From assembly GCA_944383305.1 (NCBI GenBank), contig CALWOZ010000001.1, forward strand, positions 5,026 through 29,025: a DNA stretch of 24,000 nucleotides. Direction: 5' to 3'. Of the stretch, positions 1 through 6,793 are shown one piece after another (the first letter of the stretch is position 1; each line of letters begins with the position of its first letter). The notes beneath the pieces were generated by a model. It saw only the letters and a list, made by a program, of their open reading frames with translations, did no database searches and was not told where the DNA came from. The position numbers and the translations under genes were made by a program. Source of the stretch: an uncultured Clostridia bacterium. Its GTDB lineage: Bacteria; Bacillota; Clostridia; Lachnospirales; CAG-274.

Positions 1-137
1 AAATGTTAATAGAAGCAAATGGTGGTGCTAAATCAAAAGGTGGAATATCTGGAAATAGAATTAATGGCATAGGAGATAATAATAACAAGAATCTATATTT
101 AAATGAAGCTAAAAAGGAGTTTGGAGATATTGAATAA
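1..137 (+). CDS. 3' end of an ORF entering from the window edge; candidate C-terminal tip of a polymorphic (RHS-linked) toxin
   Basis: The frame is open from the window edge to TAA 135-137. The stop overlaps the next ATG (TAATG, 135-139). An immunity-like cassette and a YD-repeat stub lie directly downstream. No toxin domain is recognisable in the 44 visible residues. Confidence 0.35.
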   Translation, partial: MLIEANGGAKSKGGISGNRINGIGDNNNKNLYLNEAKKEFGDIE

Positions 138-536
138 TGAAATTAAAACTAGAAAAAAAGACTTAAATTAGGTGATATATATGAAATAGCATTACCCAAT
201 AATAAGAATGCTTATGGAAGACTATACAAAGAATGCACATTAGCTATATATAATAAACTATGTAATAATGTAGAAGAAATTCCAGAAGAAGAAAATTATA
301 AATTTTTTTGTGGAGTTTATAAGGAATTATTACAAGATGGTGAATGGAAAATTGTAGGAAATAGAGAGTTTGAAAATGAAAAAGATGCTTGGCCTCCACC
401 AACTTGTGTTGTAGATGCACTTACCGGAAAAGGTTCTATATATTATAAGGGAGAAATTATATCATCTAATTATGAAGATTGTGAAAATTTAGAAATTGCT
501 GCGGCTTGGAATAGGAACCATTTGATTAATAGATTA
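137..536 (+). pseudogene. Immunity-like gene, copy 1, with its start codon out of frame with the conserved body
   Basis: ATG 137 (GGAGAT 8 nt upstream) reads MKLKLEKKDLN and then hits TAG 170-172. The frame that is open from 153 reads KLGDIYEIALPNNKNAYGRLYKE...NYKFFCGV...KIVGNREFENEKDAWPPP, a clear paralog of 537-989. The shift maps to the A7 run at 153-159. No stop separates copy 1 from copy 2. Confidence 0.55.
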
Positions 537-989
537 ATGGGAATTAATTTATATGAAAAAAATAATTTTTTAGGAAACCCAGCAGGTAAGTTAAGACATA
601 GCAAATTTCAGTATGGAGATATATATGAAATACCATTACCAAATGGTAAAAATGCTTATGGAAGACTTTATAAAACATCTATTTTAGGAATATATGAAGG
701 GATGTATGATAGTGTGCAAGAGATACCAAAAGAAGAAAATTATAAATTTTTTTGTGGAGTTACTACAATTTTATTAAAAGATAAAGATTTAAAAATTGTA
801 GGAAATAGAAAATTTGAAAATGAGGAAGATGCTTGGGCACCTCCATTTTGTGCAATAAATATAATTGATAACAGTTGTTGTATTTATTATAAAGAAAAAT
901 TTATAAAATGTGATAAAAAAGAATGCAATGATTTACAAGTTATAACATTTTTAAATAAAGAAGAATTAATTAATAAACTGATGTTATAA
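537..989 (+). CDS. Polymorphic-toxin immunity-like protein, copy 2 (possibly Imm26-like; family name from memory only)
   Basis: This is the tracked ORF 522-989. The TTG at 522 lies inside the C-terminus of copy 1, and ATG 537 (MGINLYEKNNF) aligns with the MKLKLEKK start of copy 1. Shared motifs are GDIYEIPLPNGKNAYGRLYK, NYKFFCGV and KIVGNRKFENEEDAWAPP. It has no SD of its own. Confidence 0.6.
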   Translation: MGINLYEKNNFLGNPAGKLRHSKFQYGDIYEIPLPNGKNAYGRLYKTSILGIYEGMYDSVQEIPKEENYKFFCGVTTILLKDKDLKIVGNRKFENEEDAWAPPFCAINIIDNSCCIYYKEKFIKCDKKECNDLQVITFLNKEELINKLML

Positions 990-999
990 ATATGACCAA

Positions 1000-1635
1000 A
1001 TGTTCAATCTTAGAAAAGTTATATTGCCAAACAACATAGAAAAAGGCATAGGGACAAGTTATGAGTATGACCCATTTCATAAGCTATTAAAAACAGAAGA
1101 TGCCGAAGGCAACATATATGCAACACATAGAGATTATGAAGGGAATTTATTAAAAGAAATAGACCCAAATAGTTATGATATAAAAGCTAATGACGGTGAA
1201 GGTATATCATATGAATATGATGAATATGACAACAAAATAAAAACAATATATCCAGACGGCAGTATAGAGCGTATAAAATATGATGCTAATGGAAATGTAA
1301 TAAAAGTAATAGCACCAGAACAATATGAGGCAGATTTAGATGACGGAGCAGGGTATACATATGAATATGACTGTATGAATAGGTTGGTGCAAGTAACAGA
1401 CCAAAGATACAACATAATAAAAAGGTATGTATATGACTTAAAAGGGAATGTAATAAAAGAGATAAATGCAGATGGATATAAAACAGGGGGCAATGACGAA
1501 GAAAGAAAAGGTACTATATACAAATATAACAAAATGAACTGGCTAACAGAAAAAAGAGAGCCAGTAACAAAGACAAAATATAGACTTACAACATATGAAT
1601 ATGATTTATCAGGAAATGTTGTAAATTGTATATAA
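1000..1635 (+). CDS. RHS/YD-repeat protein fragment (orphan stub with no core end and no toxin tip; probably non-functional)
   Basis: The 211 aa consist of consecutive YD repeats (SYEYDPFHKL, RDYEGNLLKE, YEYDEYDNKI, YDANGNVIKV, YEYDCMNRLV, YDLKGNVIKE, YEYDLSGNVV). There is no SD before ATG 1000. The ORF stops right after a repeat, without a PxxxxDPxGL-type core end. Confidence 0.8.
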   Translation: MFNLRKVILPNNIEKGIGTSYEYDPFHKLLKTEDAEGNIYATHRDYEGNLLKEIDPNSYDIKANDGEGISYEYDEYDNKIKTIYPDGSIERIKYDANGNVIKVIAPEQYEADLDDGAGYTYEYDCMNRLVQVTDQRYNIIKRYVYDLKGNVIKEINADGYKTGGNDEERKGTIYKYNKMNWLTEKREPVTKTKYRLTTYEYDLSGNVVNCI

Positions 1636-1639
1636 TATG

Positions 1640-1669
1640 AGAAGATAGTTTTTGCTATCTTCTTTTTTT
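1640..1669 (+). terminator. Rho-independent terminator
   Basis: AGAAGATAG (1640-1648) pairs with CTATCTTCT (1655-1663) across a 6-nt loop. The T run extends to 1669. Confidence 0.65.
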
Positions 1670-1838
1670 ATACTCGAAATATTACATAATTTAAAACAAA
1701 AACATAATATTTTACATATTTTTACAAAAATACTAAAAAATTATGATATTATATGTATAAATAGAATTTAGAAAAATCTTGGAGTATTTATGTAAAAATG
1801 TTAATTTATATTTTTAATTTAATAATTATTTTAAAATG

Positions 1839-1875
1839 GGTAGACAGAAATTTGTTATTTGTCTACCTTTTTTTT
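1839..1875 (+). terminator. Strong rho-independent terminator with no annotated gene upstream
   Basis: GGTAGACA (1839-1846) pairs with TGTCTACC (1860-1867) across a 13-nt loop, followed by T8 (1868-1875). Confidence 0.7.
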
Positions 1876-1971
1876 ATTAAAAAACTAAAAATATATAAAA
1901 TAAGAAGTCCACCTATTTCTCTACTTAATTTTGAAAACAAAAAATTTAAGTAAAGAAATTTGGAGGAAAAA

Positions 1972-2370
1972 ATGAACAATAAAAAATATATTTATGTAAA
2001 AAAATATAAAAGCGATATTACAGAGAAGATTGAGGTAAGTGAAGAAGTTTATACTGAATATTGGAAATATACAGAAAAAGAAAAATATTTTAAAAAATAT
2101 GAAAGAAATAAAATAAGTATTGATGATATTGTTATTGATTGTAAATTTAATTTAGAAGACCATATAATAACAAAACTTATGTTAGATAAATTAAATGTAG
2201 CTTTATCTAAATTAAATGATGAAGAATTTAAAATTATAACAGATATATTTTTTAATTCAAAAACAGAAAGAGAAGTAGCAAAAGAATTTAATTGTAAATT
2301 TTATAAAGTACATACAAAAAAGATTAGCATATTAAAAAAACTAAAAAATATGTTAAAAAATGAAATATAA
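1972..2370 (+). CDS. Sigma-70 region-4 / HTH protein of the kind found next to the recombinase module of conjugative transposons
   Basis: GGAGG lies 5 nt before ATG 1972 (the tracked TTG 1960 sits inside the SD). The N-terminal IEVSEEVYTEYWKYTEKEKYF and the C-terminal LSKLNDEEFKIITDIFFNSKTEREVAKEFNCKFYKVHTKKISILKKLKN (region-4 HTH) match the ICE-associated small sigma-like proteins I recall from Tn1549/CTn-type elements. Confidence 0.7.
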   Translation: MNNKKYIYVKKYKSDITEKIEVSEEVYTEYWKYTEKEKYFKKYERNKISIDDIVIDCKFNLEDHIITKLMLDKLNVALSKLNDEEFKIITDIFFNSKTEREVAKEFNCKFYKVHTKKISILKKLKNMLKNEI

Positions 2371-2565
2371 TATAAAAAAATGTAAAGTTAAAATAAAATT
2401 TTGTTTAATATTTACAAATTTTAAACTTTAAAAAAATAATTTTTGTTGAAATTTTAAAACTTCAATATATAGTTTCATTCCTTTATATATAGAGGGATAT
2501 TTTACCTCTGTGTACATTGAAAATTGAATACACAATATAGCAAATACAAAGTTAAATAATACTAA

Positions 2566-2646
2566 AATTACTAAAGTAATTCAGTAGACTAGAATTATTA
2601 ACGTAATTCAGTAGACTATAATTGCTAAAGCAATTCAGTAGTAATG
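2566..2646 (+). repeat. Three tandem 27-nt units, each a 6-bp stem, a 4-nt loop and a CAGTAG-containing linker
   Basis: Unit 1 is AATTAC-TAAA-GTAATT-CAGTAGACTAG (2566-2592). Unit 2 is AATTAT-TAAC-GTAATT-CAGTAGACTAT (2593-2619). Unit 3 is AATTGC-TAAA-GCAATT-CAGTAGTAATG (2620-2646). Confidence 0.75.
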
Positions 2647-2697
2647 GAGCAACGCACTAAAACACGCTTGCGAATAATGTTTGTAGTGATAAGGTTT

Positions 2698-2733
2698 TAA
2701 CAATTTTTGATTATAGCATAATCAAAAATGTTA
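2698..2733. repeat. Long near-perfect palindrome / hairpin
   Basis: TTTTTGATTAT (2704-2714) and ATAATCAAAAA (2718-2728) form 11 perfect bp around the 3-nt loop AGC. The stem extends to about 16 bp with one bulge (2698-2733). No T run follows on either strand. Confidence 0.6.
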
Positions 2734-3043
2734 TAGATTGAACTAATTGCGAAGATATTTATTTAATATAATGATACTTCTACATAGTCCCAACTCATCG
2801 TAAGGAGTGTAGTCCGTCTGTAAGGGGGAAATCTGAAATGGTTATGGTTGTCTATCTAATCAATAGACCGTTTGTTATATCTTGAACATAAACAATTTTT
2901 AAATACTTTATATTCAAAAACAGATACTACTAAAATTTATTTAGATAAAATTTAATACAAAAATCCATATATAAATTTTACCTAAATAAATTAAGTTGTA
3001 CCTTAATTACAATATTAAGTAATAGAACAGGAGGAATAGGGTT

Positions 3044-3083
3044 AATAGGTTTATTATAACAAAAAAGCAATAAGCCTATTTTT
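3044..3083 (+). terminator. Possible terminator closing the non-coding block
   Basis: AATAGGTTTA (3044-3053) pairs with TAAGCCTATT (3071-3080), giving 10 bp with one G-U. The loop is 17 nt and the T run covers 3079-3083. Confidence 0.35.
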
Positions 3084-3153
3084 CCGATTGTGTTACTTAA
3101 CAGTAATATTTATATTTTGAAATACATATTATATACTTGAAGAGGTGAAAAAG

Positions 3154-3399
3154 ATGGACAACTATAAAAATTATGAAAATTACAATATAGAAAATCTTAA
3201 CAATATAAATGATACAAGGGTAAATATAAAATTACCAAAACAAGAAAGAATGCTTGATTATATAGAGCAAATAGGAAATCCTTGTTGTTATCAAGATGGA
3301 GAACGAAAAATTATCCTTACTTTTAAAGATGATTGTGAAGAAACTGAAAAAGAAAAAGAATTTTTAAGAAAATACATTAAACAATATTTAAAAATATAA
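3154..3399 (+). CDS. Small conserved protein found upstream of LSR genes in Firmicute elements (DUF6870-like, from memory)
   Basis: AGAGGTG lies 6 nt before ATG 3154 (the tracked GVG-type start GTG 3145 lies in the SD). The motif VNIKLPKQERMLDYIEQIGNPCCYQDGERKIILTF matches the remembered pattern lpkeeRi.dfi.qigNPYcf..g...V...F. Confidence 0.6.
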   Translation: MDNYKNYENYNIENLNNINDTRVNIKLPKQERMLDYIEQIGNPCCYQDGERKIILTFKDDCEETEKEKEFLRKYIKQYLKI

Positions 3400-3403
3400 A
3401 CCT

Positions 3404-3432
3404 AGACTAAAGAAGAAACTTATGTTATAATT
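3404..3432 (+). promoter_or_regulatory. Candidate sigma-A promoter for the recombinase operon
   Basis: TAGACT, a 17-nt spacer, then TATAAT with a TG at the extended -10 position (TGTTATAAT). It lies about 75 nt upstream of ATG 3508. Confidence 0.4.
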
Positions 3433-3507
3433 TCAAAAAAGGACACGATTAAATTTTTCTTTAAGCTCTAGGTATTTTTAATTAAAAAAATATTTAGGAG
3501 ATTTATT

Positions 3508-5136
3508 ATGAAGAAATATAATACAGCAATATATTTAAGGCTTTCAAAAGAAGATGAAAAGCTAGGAGAAAGCGACAGTATCATTAACCAAAAATCAATG
3601 CTTGTAGATTTTGTAAACAGTAAAGAAGATTTACACCTTGTAAAAACAATGATTGATGATGGTTATAGTGGAGGCAACTTTGAACGCCCTGCTTTTAAAG
3701 AAATGATGGAGCTTATAAAAAATAGAAAAATAAACTGTATTGTAGTGAAAGATTTTTCTAGGTTTGGGCGTGATTTTACCGAAGTAGGTAGATATTTAGA
3801 AGAAATCTTTCCGTTTATGGGAGTTAGATTTATTTCTTTAAACGATAATTATGACAGTTTAAAAAATAAAAGTGGTATAGAAAACTTGGCAATACCATTT
3901 AAAAATCTTGTAAACGATGCGTATTTGAGAGACACTTCAATTAAAATACGAAGTAGCCTTGATATTAAAAGAAAAAAAGGCGATTTTATAGGCAGTTTTG
4001 CAAGTTATGGCTATTTAAAAGACCCTAACAACAAAAATAAACTTATTGTAGATGAGATAGCTAGTAAAGTTGTGCAAGATATTTTCAAATATCGTTTACA
4101 AGGCTTTAATATAAACAAAATATCGGAAAAATTAAACAAAGAAAATGTTCTTTGTCCTATGGAATATAAAAAATCAATAGGGATAAAAGCAAGTACAAAC
4201 TTTAAGAAAAATGATAAAGCTTTATGGACACCTAAAGCTATTTTTAGGATATTAGAAAATCCTTTATACATAGGAACAACTGTTCAAAAAAAGGTAACAA
4301 CAGTAAATCATAAAGTTAAAAAACTTGTGTATGTACCGAAAGAAGAAAGAATAATAGTAGAGAATACTCACGAGCCTATCATATCAAAAGAAGTTTTTGA
4401 AATGGTGCAAAAATTAATGGAGATAGACACACGAACTGCACCAAACGAAGAAAAAATATATTTGCTTAGCGGGTTTGTTAAATGTGGCGAATGTGGTGCA
4501 AACTTAATAAGAAGAAATTATGGAACGAAAGAAAAACCGTATATTTACTATACTTGTAGCAACAAGAAAAATCAAAAAGGTTGTAAAGGTTCTAGCATTA
4601 AAGTTGAATCTTTAGAAAATATAGTTTTTAATGCCATAAAAAAGCAAATAGAAGCTACTATAACTTTAGAAGATATACTAAGCGATATAGATAGTGAAAG
4701 CTATGCAAAAACAGAAAAGCAAAAGCTAAATAAAAAAATTGAAGAAAAAGAGCAAGATTTAAAAAAATATCAACTTATAAAACTTAAAATATATGAAGAT
4801 TTAAAAATAGGACTTTTAAATGAAGAAGAATACACCGACTTTACAAAAGGTTATTCTGAAAAAATTGTACATATAAAAAATGTAATATCAGATTTAAAAA
4901 AGGAACTTGATAATGTTTTAAATGGGTTGACAGAAAAGCAACTTTGGATAGAACATTTTAAAAAGTATAATAGTATTAAGAAGTTAGATAGAGAGCTTAT
5001 TATAAGCTTGATTGAGCAAATAAAAATATATACAGATAAAACTACTGAAATACAGTTTAAATATGAAAATGAATTTAAAGATTTATTAGAATATAAACAA
5101 AGCTTAGAACAAGTGCAGGTGGCGTGCAATGGCTAG
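3508..5136 (+). CDS. Large serine recombinase, type A (A1), TnpX/TndX-like
   Basis: 542 aa. It has a resolvase-type catalytic domain (AIYLRLSKED, VKDFSRFGRD), a recombinase domain and a zinc ribbon (CGECGANL...YYTCSNKKNQKGC). A coiled-coil stretch precedes the C-terminal KLDRELIISLIEQIKIY..IQFKY tail (DUF4368-like). AGGAGA lies 6 nt before the ATG. Confidence 0.92.
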   Translation: MKKYNTAIYLRLSKEDEKLGESDSIINQKSMLVDFVNSKEDLHLVKTMIDDGYSGGNFERPAFKEMMELIKNRKINCIVVKDFSRFGRDFTEVGRYLEEIFPFMGVRFISLNDNYDSLKNKSGIENLAIPFKNLVNDAYLRDTSIKIRSSLDIKRKKGDFIGSFASYGYLKDPNNKNKLIVDEIASKVVQDIFKYRLQGFNINKISEKLNKENVLCPMEYKKSIGIKASTNFKKNDKALWTPKAIFRILENPLYIGTTVQKKVTTVNHKVKKLVYVPKEERIIVENTHEPIISKEVFEMVQKLMEIDTRTAPNEEKIYLLSGFVKCGECGANLIRRNYGTKEKPYIYYTCSNKKNQKGCKGSSIKVESLENIVFNAIKKQIEATITLEDILSDIDSESYAKTEKQKLNKKIEEKEQDLKKYQLIKLKIYEDLKIGLLNEEEYTDFTKGYSEKIVHIKNVISDLKKELDNVLNGLTEKQLWIEHFKKYNSIKKLDRELIISLIEQIKIYTDKTTEIQFKYENEFKDLLEYKQSLEQVQVACNG

Positions 5137-6793
5137 AAAAAGTAGAAAAACACCTGAAAAACAATTAACAAAAACTAATCAAAAAACTTATTCTGTTGGA
5201 GTATATGTAAGGTTATCTCTTCTTAATAACAATATGGAAGATGACAGTAGCATACAAAATCAAAAAAATATAATTTTAAATTATATAAAAAATAATGAAC
5301 AGTTTAAGCTAATCGAGATATACGAGGACAATAACTTTTCTGGGACGAACTTTAACAGAACGGCATTCCAAAAGCTTATAGAAGATGTACAAAGTGGTAA
5401 AATAAACTGTATTATAGTAAAAGATTTGTCTAGGTTTGGGCGAAATTATATTGAATGTGGCAATTATCTTGAAAAAATATTTCCGTATATAGGGGTAAGA
5501 TTTATTGCTATAAATGATAATTATGATAGCGAAAATATGAATTCTAGCGAAATTTTGATGATGCACCTTAAAAATATAATAAATCAGCTTTACGCACAAG
5601 ATATAGGCAAAAAGGTGTCAACGGCTATAAGAGCAAAACAAAAAAGGGGAGAATATGTTGGCTCTTTTCCTAATTATGGTTACAAAAAAGATGAAAAAAA
5701 TAAAAATAAACTTGTGATAAATGAAGAAACAGCACCTGTTGTAAAAATGATTTATGATTTAAAATTACAAGGTTTAGGGTATGTACAAATAGCTAGTAAA
5801 TTAAATGACCAAAACATATTATCCCCTTATGCTTATTTACATACAAAAGGTTATTTTAAAACTGATAAGTACAAAGATTTAAAATGGACACCCCTTGCAG
5901 TTAAAAGAATTTGTACAAATCAAGTGTATATAGGTAATATTGCAGAAAAGAAAAGCAACGTATATGGAGATAAAGCTAAAGATTTAGATATGGAAAAATT
6001 TATCGTTGTTAAAAATATGCACGAACCCATAGTAAGCGAAAAAGTTTTTTATAAAGTGCAACAAGTAACAGAAAATATTGCTAAAACTTTTAAACAAAAA
6101 TATGATATAAAAACAACAGAAAATATATTTAAAGGTTTAGTGAAATGTGGTAATTGTGGCAAAAATATGTACAGATTTAAACATTGTGTAAAAAATAAAA
6201 ATGGCAAAATAAATATAAGTTATGATTTTAAATGTAAAGAAATTTATGCATCAAAATGTAAAGTTGGTTCTACTAATGAAGAAACACTAAAAAGAATAGT
6301 TTTTAATCAATTAAAAACACAAATACAGTTAGTGTTAGATTTACAAGACTTAATTGTAAAAAATGATAAATTTGTATCCTATGAAGAACATTTACTTAAA
6401 AATACATTACAAAATCTACACAGTGAAATAACAAAAATTAAAAATTTTCAAAAGACTATATACGAAGATTATTGTACAGGTTTATTAGATGAAGAAGATT
6501 ATTTATTTACAAAAGCTAATTATATAGAAAAAGAAAATGAATTAAATTTACAAAAAGAAAATATCCAAAACAAACTTTTTGATTTAAAAAATACATTAAA
6601 CAAGGAAAATGAATATATAAAACAGTTTTTAAAATTTAAAAACTATAAATTTTTAACTAGGGAATTGTTACAAACTTTAATAGAAAAAATAGTTATACAT
6701 AATGACAAAAGCATAGAAATATTCTTTAAATATGAAAATGAGTATAAGCGTATACTTAATGAAATAGAAAGGGTTTCTAAAAATGCAGTATAA
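5129..6793 (+). CDS. Large serine recombinase, type B (B1)
   Basis: 554 aa. Motifs are VGVYVRLS, VKDLSRFGRN, the zinc ribbon CGNCGKNM...C..C and the tail LTRELLQTLIEKIVIH..IEIFFKY. ATG 5129 overlaps the A1 stop by 8 nt, with an AGGTGG SD upstream. Confidence 0.92.
   Translation: MARKSRKTPEKQLTKTNQKTYSVGVYVRLSLLNNNMEDDSSIQNQKNIILNYIKNNEQFKLIEIYEDNNFSGTNFNRTAFQKLIEDVQSGKINCIIVKDLSRFGRNYIECGNYLEKIFPYIGVRFIAINDNYDSENMNSSEILMMHLKNIINQLYAQDIGKKVSTAIRAKQKRGEYVGSFPNYGYKKDEKNKNKLVINEETAPVVKMIYDLKLQGLGYVQIASKLNDQNILSPYAYLHTKGYFKTDKYKDLKWTPLAVKRICTNQVYIGNIAEKKSNVYGDKAKDLDMEKFIVVKNMHEPIVSEKVFYKVQQVTENIAKTFKQKYDIKTTENIFKGLVKCGNCGKNMYRFKHCVKNKNGKINISYDFKCKEIYASKCKVGSTNEETLKRIVFNQLKTQIQLVLDLQDLIVKNDKFVSYEEHLLKNTLQNLHSEITKIKNFQKTIYEDYCTGLLDEEDYLFTKANYIEKENELNLQKENIQNKLFDLKNTLNKENEYIKQFLKFKNYKFLTRELLQTLIEKIVIHNDKSIEIFFKYENEYKRILNEIERVSKNAV

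Noticed and set aside
1173-1532. A 119-aa ORF antisense to the YD-repeat fragment
   Set aside because: It is a shadow ORF entirely inside a motif-supported coding frame. The sequence is low-complexity, rich in S, Y, F and I, and there is no SD.
1798-1953. A 51-codon hydrophobic ORF (MLIYIFNLIIILKW...) in the spacer before the sigma-like gene
   Set aside because: It reads straight through the strong terminator at 1839-1875. Its SD is weak (GGAG placed for an ATG-TAA mini-frame instead). Its composition is what random AT-rich DNA encodes.
2566-2646. Possible CRISPR array, given the regularly spaced repeats
   Set aside because: The three 27-nt units are contiguous with no unique spacers, and there are only three copies. 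No cas genes lie nearby. The repeats are better explained as tandem hairpins.
2371-3144. Assignment of the non-coding block to a named RNA family (ROOL, GOLLD, group II intron, ribozymes, retron msr/msd)
   Set aside because: I found no diagnostic consensus by eye: no group II domain V or GUGYG 5' end, no hammerhead CUGAUGA core, and no reverse transcriptase nearby. Naming a family would need a covariance-model search.
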